Assembly (NCBI RefSeq): GCF_947568905.1
Contig: NC_079171.1
Coordinates: 43,152,001-43,216,000, forward strand
Length of the DNA stretch: 64,000 bases
Origin: Ostrea edulis
Taxonomy: Eukaryota
Direction: 5' to 3'
Shown here: positions 1 to 13,200 of the stretch, one piece after another
Layout: every line of letters begins with the position of its first letter
Numbering within the stretch: position 1 is the first letter of the stretch
Made by a program: the position numbers and the translations under genes
Notes under the pieces: model-generated
What the model was told of the DNA's origin: nothing
The model's input: the letters and a program-made list of their open reading frames with translations, nothing else
Database searches by the model: none

Positions 1-61
1 CAGTTTGATTAGTTTTCCTATGAATTCTCTAGATAAATCAATGCGGTTTTAATTTGTATAA

Positions 62-219
62 CATGATAACGATAAAGAAGTGGAAGTCTGCATCATCCAG
101 CCAATGGTATCAGATGAATCCGTCTACTCCAACACTTCACAACCACGGGAACCAGATATCGTAGAGGCCATTACAAGCATGGCATTAGACAAAGAGAAAT
201 CTATCATGATAATTCACAG
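62..219 (+). pseudogene. Orphan exon relic (HDNDKEVEVCIIQPMVSDESVYSNTSQPREPDIVEAITSMALDKEKSIMIIH), paralogous to 52698-52849 on the - strand
   Basis: About 250 bp of clear similarity to the reverse complement of 52610-52860. Differences include synonymous third-position changes and an in-frame 6-nt indel. The donor-like CACAG|GTTTGA is shared, but the acceptor AG reads AA here (gtataa|cat). Confidence 0.45.
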
Positions 220-835
220 GTTTGATTTCATTGTATTCAAGAATTTCTGAACTATCATGGTACTGTAATATGCCAACTAAAATTAAAATTCAGTGGAATT
301 GTATAATCACTAAGTTCAAGTTTCCTTGACTTGGGCAACTTTTCAGTAGACAAGTACTTACTTAGTATCATTTAGATATAGTGAGCTCAGACGTCGTTTT
401 TTTAAGTTGAGGGGTGGGGTGCAAATGGAGAAATAGTTGCCGTTATATTTGTAGGAAAGAATCGTAATTAGCAAGAAAACAGTTCTGACAAACCCCTAAA
501 ATCGTAAGGGGGGATCCTTCAGTACAGTTCAATTCGTCAGTTCAACTTGCATTTCCACTACCCTTCACCGCCACTTAATGAACAGCTAATAAATCAATCT
601 TTTCATATACTAATAACAAACCTTACATGTCATAACAACACGATAAACGTACAAATACGTCACATATCAAGAAAACAGGAAGGGGCAGAAGTGTATGAGG
701 GGAGGGTGGGGGGTATACATGATGTTGCCTGTACGTGTCTGGAAATACATGGACATATAGCGATTATTTATATCATATAAATGATCTTCAAAATCGAGCA
801 GATATTTTTGTATCAGGAATGAGTCGCATTTAGTA

Positions 836-1038
836 TAAAACTTATACGGTACCAATTTTGATGCACCAGATGCGCATTTCGACAAACCATGTCTCTTCAG
901 TGATGCTCAACCGAAATGTTTGAAATACGAAATAACTATGAAGTTTTAGAGCTACATGTATTATAGGGAAAAACTGTGCCAAAAAGGTGGAGTCAAATTC
1001 GTCAAAGAATAAGAGCTATGCGCGAGGGAGATAATCCT
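836..1038 (-). mobile_element. Partial hammerhead-ribozyme repeat (retrozyme/Penelope pLTR-like)
   Basis: Matches 16498-16700 and the reverse complement of about 1390-1592. It is absent at the paralogous site near 55934 (gagtcgtctttag|ccatcact). Confidence 0.8.
863..906 (-). ncRNA. Minimal type I hammerhead ribozyme, core intact
   Basis: The - strand reads gcatca-CUGAAGA-gaca(uggUU)uguc-GAAA-u(GCGC)a-UC|uggugc. This gives a 6-bp stem I with one GU, a 4-bp stem II, a 2-bp stem III with palindromic loop GCGC, and an AUC cleavage triplet. Confidence 0.85.
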
Positions 1039-1218
1039 CAAACCATCACTAATATCTTTGTACAAGAGTTGCCAAAGTGACGCATAATTTTCGTAACTTC
1101 TTTTTCTGAAGAGTTCCAAAAATATAATTCCAATATCCCGTATTGATAAGCCTTTTAAAGCATATCTTTGTTATTGGTTTGACGCTTCTACTTAATTAAA
1201 AAGTATATATATATTTAC

Positions 1219-4200
1219 ATGAGTAGAATTGGTAAGGTATAAGTTTTACATTACGACCCCTGGTTCGAGGCTTCTGATGGTGGACTGTTGGTCCCCGAGG
1301 GTCTCTACAGCTCAGTAGCTGAATGCTTCGTTACTAGCTTGAAAATACGGATGTATATCTAATTTCTGTGATAAAATTTAGAAATTCATTTCAAACTTAT
1401 CTTCTTCACACATAGCTCTGATCCTTAGACGAATTTGACTTCAGTTTTTGGCACTCTAATAATCTTTTTAGTTCTTACAAGTTTCTTGTTATTTCGGATT
1501 TCCTGTATTTCGGCTTGAGCATCACTGAAGAGACATTATTTGTCGAAATGCACATCTGGTGCATCAAAATTGCTACCGTATAAGTTTTACATGAGCATCA
1601 TATGCACGTGCATGCACCTGCACGTGAACAAAGTAAAGAAACAGCATGTTGTATATTTGGTAAATTTTGTCTTCACTGTATTTCATGCAACATGATCTTT
1701 TCTCCAATCAGATATCTATGTCTTTTCAATAATTTAAAAGTCAATATCATAAAATTCAATTAAAAGCAGTTTACAAAAAGTTACAGAAGAGGAGTTTTTC
1801 ATTTTATATTAATTCAGAGTAGAAACATGATTTCACTGCATTATATATACATTGTACTTGAACTACACAGTAAAGTATAGTAAATGAGATGTGCATCCAC
1901 TTGAGAGTCGGTACTATAAAAACGACAGTGAAAATGATTGATGTACACTATACATCAGAGGCCACTACAGTTATGAGATTGATCACTTTTCGTTATCTTC
2001 ACCTTTTACTATTGGGAATTTAACATTCTGTGTGAAATATTGATACAAATACAAAAAACGTGTGTCAAATCACGAATGCTATTTTGTGTATATAACACAT
2101 GACCAAATATTTTTTTGCAGGGCAGTATTTGTCTATGAGATACGGTGGACAGGGAATGGTGTGAGGAGGAATAGAGTGAAAGTAAGAAGTGGGGGGGGGG
2201 ACAGAAAGAGGAAAAAATAACATATTGAATTGTTCATACGTCGATGAACAAAACAATTAAATTTACCTTAGAGAAGTTTTACTTTGAACGTCACCAGCTT
2301 TAGGTGAAGAACTACAAATATTGACCAATTCATCCACGACTCTCAAAAACGCAGCAGTAGGAAATTCTGATCGCTTCAACGCTTCCCGTGACACCAAGCC
2401 TGAAATCTTAAGGACATGCATGTAATCCAAAGACGCTTTCTTTTCTGTTCTACTGTCGGGCGCTTGGCTAAGGAACAGTTGCTACACATCCATGTTAAGC
2501 GTCCTTCGTCTGATAATGCGCCGTTGTCCAGAATGGAATGCAGTCCCTAACTAACATCTGGCCTGAAGGTTATAAACGTTTGAGTTCGTTTTTATCCTCA
2601 AACCCGAATTCCGTGCTTTAAATCGTACTCGTACTGAAACGTGGTTATAAAACTGATGAAATTATTCTCATACTGAATCCCAGTGCATGTTAATGATTGT
2701 TTGAGTATGCTCGGAGCTTGCTCTGAGTTGTATTGAAAACAAACATGGTTGAGTTTGAGCATGATTACGGTAAACATTTTATAACTTCTAGTCCAGGACT
2801 AACGTGACCGGCTTTTGTAATCATTTCGTGGCATCATTATTTACATTCGCAGTTGATCAACATATTTCGACGTACTTTTGGCGCTTGGGGTCGTATCATT
2901 CGTTCCAATGCCTACCGCGACAAGGGACTCTGGCTGTACCCTCTCATCTAAAAGACCCACAACTCTCACTTCTGACTTAGCAATGGAACAGTGTCACGTT
3001 CTAGGATTGACGCAGGTAAAGCACGAGCAGGATTCAAATTCACCACCTTCTCGTCACAAAAGAGAAAACTGTAAACAATGGGGTGGTAGCTTACATATTT
3101 CTTAACGTCCTGCTCGAGAATTCTTCACTCATATGGAGAAGTCTAAACATTAGACTATAGGAATACTCAAAAGAATTTCCTTAATACTTGAGATCGTTCA
3201 TAGCAACAATTGCTCTTCGGAAATTTATCAGTTATTTCAAAAGTTATCTTAATCATCACATACATCATATGTTTTTTAAAAACACACACGTGTTGTTTTG
3301 AGTAGGGTCGTCGTATATTAGACTGTATATATGTTTTAATATATCTCAGCTAAAATTATTGAGGAAATTATATCCGTCCTTGTACATCGGTATTTTACAT
3401 GAGACCAGATATATTTTTATCTACTCTATTAATAAATACTTATGGGGAAAAGATACAAATTTAATGAGATATGATTTCATAGATGCTTTATATCATCGCA
3501 AGATGGCCAGAGAACTGTGGACATTATATTCAGGTATGGACACATATTCAAAGTTATATCTTATGTTTTAAATATCACAGTGACCTTACAAACACGTTGC
3601 CATTGTTGTTTGCATTTTGTTGTTGCACTTTTGTTGTTTTGTCGTTGTTGTTGATGTTGTTTTGAACGTTAACCCTCTGAGCTAGCCGGTTACATAATAC
3701 GAATTCAAGGTACAAATATACATCACTGATATTTTTGTGGACATTTGAATTTCTGAAAATAAGTCAGCCATGATATATTTTACATGTAAGAGTACCGATT
3801 TTCCACTACAGTGAGAGTAAAATTGGTGCTTTCTTAGATTACTTTTCATTTTCAGTTGTTTTCATCATTTGTTCTGCTTTGATCATAAAATCAACCACGG
3901 CACAGTTTCCAAACTTCGACATCCAAGCTAACAACAGCCTGTTAACCGCTGGTGACACAGTGATCATCGACTGTTTGCTCTACAATGCCTCTGTGCTCGA
4001 TATCATGAATGGCTACGATATTGTATGGTTTAAAGATGAAATGAAACTCACACAAGCATACACGAGGCTGATGAATGACGTCATCAATGACCATCGATAC
4101 TCCGCCAGCATCGGAGTCAGAAATATAGGAGCTGTCTCTACCATTCAAATCACAGGTGAGGATATTACTTTTTATTGTAGAATCCAAAGCAGTACATGCA

Positions 4201-7200
4201 GTGATGATCAATACAGATATATTGTTCACGTGTTTGATGACGGAAGGAATGGTGCCAAGGAATACTATTTCTCTTCTGTATGTTTCATGCAAAATAATCG
4301 GTAAAGGTTACCTGCACGATTTATTTTCCTCTAAAGCCCATGTGCAATTTATAAAGTTTGTTAAGTATGAAACATATTTGGGATGCTGGACAAAATGCAA
4401 ACATTACATATTTTTCATTGAAACGTTAGAATTCACAGGGAAACGTTAGGGAACTGGTGGTTTGTACATCTTATGTGTCGTGGAAACACTTACCAGACTT
4501 TGAATTGTATCGCAAGTGGAGGATTAGGGATACTTTCCCACAAAGATACACATTTCTTTTTACTCCTTTAAATCTATGATTCCATCGCATTTTGAGTAGA
4601 CAGACGTTTTCACATTGACGCATGAAACACAGAAAGGATGTAAATTGAAATTTAAGTGGCTGTGTCTGTAATATATTTCTCTGTTACATTTATCGCCTCC
4701 TCCCCTTTCGATAACCTTCATGGCGAAGTTAAAAAGGTTTCAGATATGTGGTAATTGAAAATGATCTATATATCAATTTCTTAACTATATCAAAGTACTT
4801 AACTAAAATGTTTCAGATCTGAAAATAATATTACATGAATCTTTTATTGAAATATGTGTCTGTTGATTTATTTAACTGTACACGTAAGTATGGTATGTCA
4901 ATTTCAGTGTTCTACCCTGTGTAAGTAATGACCACTTTCATACCCGTAACGTTGAATTAACTTACTCTATTAAATGCTGGGGGACATTAATTGACAAGAT
5001 TGGAAATATACAGCGTTTTACTGTTATCTTTTGCAGTATAAACACTTGACATCACAAATGAAAAGGGTAGGTATGATTGAGCACGGGCGACCGTGGAAAT
5101 ATTGGATTGGAGTTGTAGTTTTTGAAGTCAGTTTGAATTCTCTTTGCATTTACATGTTTCGGAGGTATCAGGTGAATATCTTCTGAAATGCATTGGTGTC
5201 CATCAGATACTTGTAAATTTTAAGACATATATTTGAAAATTATAATTCTCAAAGAGAAATGATTGTATGCCACGCCACAAAAATGATTTAAAAAACATGT
5301 TAGGTCTTTGGAGATATCATTTAAAAGACCACGGCTTTAACTGGCAATATAGAGAAATACTGCGTTCATGACTGTCAAAACATTTGACGTCACAATGAAA
5401 AGGGCGGGTACGATTGAGCGAGGACGACCGTGAAACATTGGATTGAAAACGGTAGTATTTTATTTCAATCTAATGTCTTCACAGTCGTCCGCGCTGAATC
5501 CTACCTTTGTGATGCCTTGTATTTAGTCTGTAAAATATAACAGCTACAAAACGTTAGATCTTGCCAATTAATGTTCCGCGGTTTTATATACATGTACTTA
5601 TATGAAGAAGGCGTCCAACGTTGCCGAATAAGTGCCTGCTCTTTATTTATTCTTCAAAGTGCAATAAAATCAATTCAAATAAATTAGAATTTCATCATTC
5701 ACGATTCTACACCTGGTATTATGTTTTACACCGCCGCAAATACCCATGTCATTATACACGTAGAACGCTTTAATGATTATTCATATCAGTCACCACCTCG
5801 TATAGATATTCGATGAGTATTAATACAGAAAGACTTCCTGATTAAGATGTTTTTGCATCCCCTTATTCAAAATGGAGGAACGATTGACCTAAATATTTTT
5901 TTAAAGAAAAGTACATGCGATGATTTCTCGGAACAGCGTCACATGAATTCAAGACACTGTGACACACCATGTTTATCTAAAAATAGAAGGGGCGCTATAT
6001 ATTTTTTTAAAACTCAGAGTCCATTAAAAAACACCCAAAACAGATATAGAAATATCACCCAAATTCTTATTTAGACACATTTCATTCATACGCATTATTA
6101 CAATAGGTTTTAGAAGAAAATCATTATTTTGGTGGTGTTTTTTGTAATGGGAAATTCAGATAATGATATACAAACAACTTTCCTGTACTTGATGAAGTAG
6201 ATCAAGGTCCCCACAAACGGATGCTGTTGTGGTATAAATAATGCTTTGTATTGACGATTGTTACACAGAAGACGAGGAAATCATTTAGAATATACATTCC
6301 TTCTTTGGAATATCTGCAGTTCAGCGTATTTTAATTCGCAACAATTCAATCTTTGTTTTATTTTTCAATTCTTGCTTAAGATAGGCCCATCCTTTTGAAA
6401 CAAATGTCAATCAAACAGTTTGTTTTTATTTAGATAGAGTAAATAACCCCTGAGTTGAAAAAAATACTCATATTTGTCATACCTTATCACGCTTATTTTC
6501 TTATAGTACTAAAGTTGGTCTTAGAACACATATACCCCATCATCAAACATCAGAACTTTCAAACGTGATCTCATTATTTATTAAGTTATGTGCTTATTCA
6601 CATTATATTAGATTATGATATTATAAAACCAACATATATTCACTTGTTATGAACATATTTCAAACATTACAAAGGACGATATAAATATTTCGATGATTAA
6701 GCTATAGTCTTCCAAAAAGATCACATGATGTCATTGTTTGGACATTTTCCAAAAACCATCCCTGTAGCTTTTTCTTTTGACACCTCTAGTGTGTCCAGGG
6801 ATCCGTGTTTGCCCAACTATCTATATTGTATTGCTTATAGGAGGCATGGGATTGATCACTGTTCGTTATCTTCACCTTTCACATACAATAGTTTTCTTGA
6901 TATATAACTTTTGAACAACAGGTATCACTACAGAAGATGAAGGCGTTTTTACTTGTGAACTTACAAACAGAATGAACGTTAAACAGAGGAAGTCGATATA
7001 TATAAGTGGTACAGTATCTAAAACAATCAATATCTTTGGGTAATTTTCTAACTAGCGAAAATAAATAATGATAAAGCGGTATGATATTTTTATTTAAAAA
7101 AGCATATCTATGAACGAATTGGGGGAAATAATCAAGCATCCACTTTCATCTTTGTAGTTGAAAATCAAGAAAATCAAACCATAACACCTGATGTCATCAC

Positions 7201-10200
7201 CGTTATTTCTGATCCATCATTCAACCATAACAAAAGGTATGAATGCTAACATCGAACCAACTACCCACACTCCCATGCAACCTTTTAAAAACACATCACT
7301 GTAAGCAATTAGATAAAAATAGGTTTAGCACTGTTGTATGTACAAAAGGAACCAAAATTAAACCTCTGTTTCTATAAAGTTTACGTATCTATCAATCAGT
7401 AAAACTGTTTAAGAAACACTTGCATGCATGTCCCTGTGTAGCAATTTTGAAAAGGATCAACTTTAAATTTAGATAATTTGTAAAGGTAGTGAAATGTGGA
7501 TTATCTATTAGTAAGAAGTGACAACCACAATGCTAAGTCTTATCTTCTCAGCAGATGTTTCCAAATATCAAATGATTTTAGTCATTATCTTGCACTATTA
7601 TGACTTTAAAACCAATGGGTGTCATCTAATTTTTAGGATATATTAGTGTATCAACTTTGATTATTGTGAAGCAGAGGTTTCTTCACCTATCGGGCGGATA
7701 TGTCTTCCTATGTCCAGTTTAGGTTGTCCTTGACATTGTGATCCCGTGACCTCAAAATCAAATTGATGTTTTCAACTTCTTAAAGCTGTATGGTCCGAAT
7801 TACAATATTTTTTTCCATCTCGTAAAAACGCTATTAAATCATCGCACGTATGTAGTTATGAGACTGTACGACATATCATAAATTATTTCACCTGTTTTAA
7901 CCCAAATAATTTGATTTTAAATCGATGTTTACAAATAACCGCGTCACTCTGCCATTTCAAGTGAGTCACGTGACCAGTTCAAACTTTCAGATCATTGCTG
8001 GTTTTATCTGTGTTAAGCTGTGTATTTTGTTATAACAGTGCCGCACCATAAGTTTAATAGAAATAAAAATATCAAATACCTCTTAGTAATTCGTTGTTTT
8101 ACGCCCCTTCAGCCTTAAAACTAGTTGCGTATGAGTTAATACATCATGTTGGGATTCCCCTGACGCGCGTGGGTCTATTTATAGACGTCTATTATGGGAT
8201 GATTTATATATGTAGCCACTATATTTACTTTCTAAATAATAATCTCACTGTTTTCTTTTACATGCAGATGTTTTCAAGCATGTAATTAAGGGAAAGTTAA
8301 TAACTTTATAAAGTAATTAATGTGCTTTAAAGTAATTATGTACAAAAATAAGACATGAACATCGGGTCATACAGCTTTAAGTTAAAGTAGTATCAAGTAT
8401 GGTACTGTCAAGAAAAGGACTCAATCCAAATATATATGTAATTTTGATTACGGATTACTCCATTTACCTGACCAAGATAGTGTAGGTGTAGAAGAGTAAT
8501 GAAATTGAAACATATTCATTAATAATGTCTGATGTGTTTCATTCAAATTGCATATCAGGTAGTTCTTGATATACTGGATTTGGCTTCCTGATCAAGATGA
8601 AAACGCTCAAAGTGAACTGCACTTGATCCCACTTTTGGTATACCTAGGGGTCCGTAATTGACCTACCTATAATTTTGTACTATTTACCGGAGATATCACT
8701 GTTCGTTTTCTTCATTTATTGTTATTCTCAAGATATTATGAAAGCAGTAATATTATGTTCCTATGTCCAGTTTGACCCTTGACTGTTGGTCCCGTGAATT
8801 TAAAATCAATAGAGTAAGTGTACCATATTGTCTATATTCTTAATATATTGAGGAAGCAATATCTTACTATGAGAAGTTTGACCCTTGATCTTTGACTTTG
8901 TGATCTCAAGGTTTATGAAGTACAAGTACTTATGTAGATCCAGAGTACTCGCTTCCTGTATGTGGAAGAAATGGTTCTCAAACTATTGAGCAGACAACAT
9001 CTTACCATGTCCAGTTTAACCCTTAATTTTTGTACGCTTGATCCCAAATCCAATAGGAGATATCATTTTATGAAAATCCGTGTACATGTATATTGTACCA
9101 TGTTTCATGTCTGCAAAGCAAACTGTTTTCAAGATACTGATCGGATAATATCTTACCATGTCTACAGTACACCGTCGGTTGTGCATTAAATTATCAATTG
9201 ATCACTTAGTCTATCAATTAATTACTGACTGTATGTGTATATATAATCTGAATTTAGATTGTTCGCAGAGCGGACGGATGTTGAAGAAGACAAAAACTCC
9301 ACAAACACGACATCAATCAATATTTTTACCAAAAGGACGACCGATAGTGTCAAATTTCGTGCAGATGTACACTACATTAGTTATCCACCAGACAGCAACA
9401 TTTCAACTACAGCAGACGGCAACAGTACTTCACCGCTGTTGCTTTCTATTGAAAACACTTTAGAAAACACGTCCATGTCAACAGGTAATTCTAGAAAACA
9501 AATTTGAATTAGGAATCTCCATAAAAAAGTTATTGGAGTTCTTTTAAAGTGAATTATAGAATCAAACATTTCTTAGTATTCCGAATATGTAATGTCACAA
9601 ATATACAATGCGAATATTCTGATAAATCTAGAAAATTACTTCTAGTCAGTTCAGCTCTTAAGAACCAAATTAATCTCAATTAAATGTCTTTGACTGAAGG
9701 CAATTAGGTATAGTGGAATTAGTTCAGTGAATTATAAAGAGATGAAATGGGGTTGGGGGTTAGAGTTTATATATCATAGCATCTTATGATGTATCCCCAT
9801 TTTGATTAGATAGGACCTTGTAGTCGCCTACACTAACACGAGAACTTCATATGCGTATTCTGGTTTCCTTTAACATCATTTACTCCTCAGTGCCAATATC
9901 CGACTCGACGGAAAGCTCTTATATAAAATGTAAAATAGATAAAGTGTCAACATTTTTAGAATCTTAGAAAAATAGAAAGATTTCTATATTCTGAACCGAA
10001 TGTGAAATCGACACATATTCATGTGGTCGAGTTAGGTCTGTCCATTTCCCATCAAGGAGCAAGGACTTGCTTTATAATTCATTTTCATGAAAATAACAGT
10101 TATAGTGGACAAGAGGCAATATAGAGTCAATTAATGTATATACAGAGACAGGCACAGGATAAAAATGTTGATTACAACTTACAATGGAAATCAGTTTTCA

Positions 10201-13200
10201 AATTTCATATAGAAGGAAGTATTAAAATTTCAACTTAAAATAAGTTATTCTATACATACAATTCACTATAGATACTATATTTCGGTGCTGTAGCTTCATG
10301 AATCAATTTTTATGTCGTAGGAATACAGAAAAGAGAAGACGACAAAGGTGGTCTCACTGCAGGAATCATCGTGCTTGTGCTTATCCTTGTTCTGATGTCA
10401 ATATACTATGCCAGAAGAAGAAACACCTTAAATTGTGAAAGGTGAGTTTATAACGACTGTAAGATGTATATGAAGTGATATTTTGATACCTAGCGTTAAA
10501 AAGGAAAATTACACAACTTGCCTTTTCATACTTTGCATTAACACAACTGGATTTCAGACCATAGTGGAGATTCCGTGACACTGTGATCATGAGTACCTTT
10601 ATTAATTGATGGAGTCACTTGCGCACTTCATTCCCTTAAATATGACTGAATTATACAAGAATACGATTTCCCTTTTTTGAGTGAGAATATTTTCAAGTGT
10701 TACAAACAAACACGATTTTTCATGGTAATGACATCATGGATACGGGGGTTCGTATTTGCATGAAATAATAGTGGTCTTCTACTTCTCGGAGCATTAGCAA
10801 ACATAAGCACATCATCAGAACACTGTTCTTGTCACATGTACATCAAGGTTTTGCTGTGTATCGATTATTCCTTTTACTTCCATCATTTTATCATCCATTT
10901 GGCCGCTTTTCACAGATTAATACATGCTTTTATCAGTGCACGCTCTTCCGTTCGGATGTCTGACTTTGCCAAGATCAATACCTTTGTCTTATTTTATTGA
11001 TATTTACTTTATTCATTAAATAACAGATATATCTACATCAGAAAATTACAGCAGATGTTTTGTTATCTCTCAAATTTGATTTGAATCTGTTCAATGGAAA
11101 ACATCCATTTACCTACTAAGGTTTTATCGTTATCCATGAACACGCACCCTCCTTTCATAACCCATGCAAGGGATAGAAATTAGAGAGTTGGGCAAATGTG
11201 GGTCATTGGATATACCAGAAGTGGGACCAGGTAGTAATATCCTGTCAACCGATCACACCAGCCGTGAGCTCTATATCTTCATCAGGTAAGCAGAGTAATA
11301 CACAGGACTCATAGCAGGTGTGATCGGTTGACAGGGGGTGGTTACTAATCCAAGGCGCCTGATCCCACCTCTGTCGTGTCCATGGAACCATGTTTTTACA
11401 ACTCTTTGATTTTCCTTCCTTGTGAGATTTATGAGACTGTTCGTTATCTTCGTCTTTCATGGATTCGGGTGTATTGTGATGCATATTCAAAGGTTCGTAT
11501 GGAGTGATGTAGCTTTAGTAGGTTTATTTCTTTATAAGGAGTTCATATTGTCTCAATATGATCAGTAATTTCTTATATATATATATAGGTTTTCTAGCTC
11601 GTAAATATAATCATGTCCGTTAAAAAGTTTATTTTTCATTTACATCTATAAAAGGGGGAAGGTAAACAACATACAAAAACAGTCTGATGGTGAATGTAAT
11701 TTTGAAATGAGTAATGTTCATGCAAAACATTGTCGTTTTTGTTACGATTCAGTCTTTCGAAAGGAAAAATAAGTCTACGATTTATATTGCACATCATATA
11801 TATTTTCAAAAGAAAGATCCCGTGGGGATCAGGGTTAGAATAGGTCATCAGTACCTCTTGGTTGTCATAAGAGTCGACTAAATGGGGCGATCCTTCGGAT
11901 GAGACCGCAGAAACCGAAGTATCGTGTCACAGCAGGTGTGGCACGATAAAGATTCCTCCTTGCTCAAAGGCCGTGAGCGCCGAGCATAGGCCTAAGTTTT
12001 GCTACCCTTCACTGGCAATGGTGGTGTCTCCATATGAGTGAAATATTCTCGAGAGGAAAGTTAAACAACATACAATCAATCAAAAGAAAATGTTTCTACT
12101 ATTTCTTTTTATCATGACATACAGGTACATTCATTTAATTAACAATTGATTTGAATCGCGTTTGCAGTGTTGCAACATAATGCTATTAACATTTCCTTAT
12201 CTGTAAGAGCATTATAGAATAAATGAAAAGTAGATATTTTAAAAAGTGCTAAAGGTCATGGGAAACGTATTTTTATAAACGAGTGTAATGATTCCTATCT
12301 AATTTTATTCAGTTTTATCTTCATTGAATCTCGATCAAGGTAGAAATCATAACTATTATTCTTATATAATTTACAATGCAACACAACATCATGCATAACT
12401 AAATCATGTTTTCGGTATAATATAGATCCATGTTGAATTTATCTATTTTTAATATCTAAATAAAGTAGTGCTATCCACATCATCTCTATTCATTGACATT
12501 ACCTTTTCTATATGTATGTCACTAATTACAGACTGAATGTTTTGAAATGAACTTGTGATAAATGAAACTTAGAATGTTAACATTCTGAGGTTGTCAATCT
12601 ACTTCATGGTTGAATTGCTTGATTTTGGAAAGTAAAACTACACTTACGACAGATTTGTATTTATTGGGTTAATGTTATTGTTTCTAGTTGCTGCCATGAA
12701 GCAAGATCTACAGGCAGAACTGATGACGTCACACCAAGAGAAACTATTCATCAATATGAAAGCGTTTTGCCGATAGTTTATCATGACGTTTACGTGGATC
12801 AGGCATCAGAGATTGAAACCAAACCCAGGAGGCGACCGGACGAAGATGCAATCGACAGAACCTTTCTAAATGAGTACGAGATCAACGAAAATTTACATAG
12901 GGAGAGTTCCGACGGTAGAATTGGTAGGGCCAACACGTTGGAAAAAGTAGAACCGTTGGCTATGTATCCTAACACCAGTGATCAAAATATGTTGAATATG
13001 CATCGTGAAGACACTTCCGATGATTATCTGGATCCGGTACCAGATTTTGAAATCAAACATTACGAAGATGTAAACGACAGGACCTTTCTAAATGAGCACA
13101 AGATCAAGAAACATATTCGTGGGAAGAGTTCCGACGGTGGAAATGATAGGACCGACACGCTGGGAAAAATAGAACTGCCGCATGTGTATCGTAACACCAG

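Noticed and set aside
3879-4304. 141-aa ORF as a complete gene (likewise 19469-19771 and 58874-59176)
   Set aside because: These are exon 2 read through into the intron. Similarity among paralogues ends at the GT donor, and the F-strand Cys is in the next exon.
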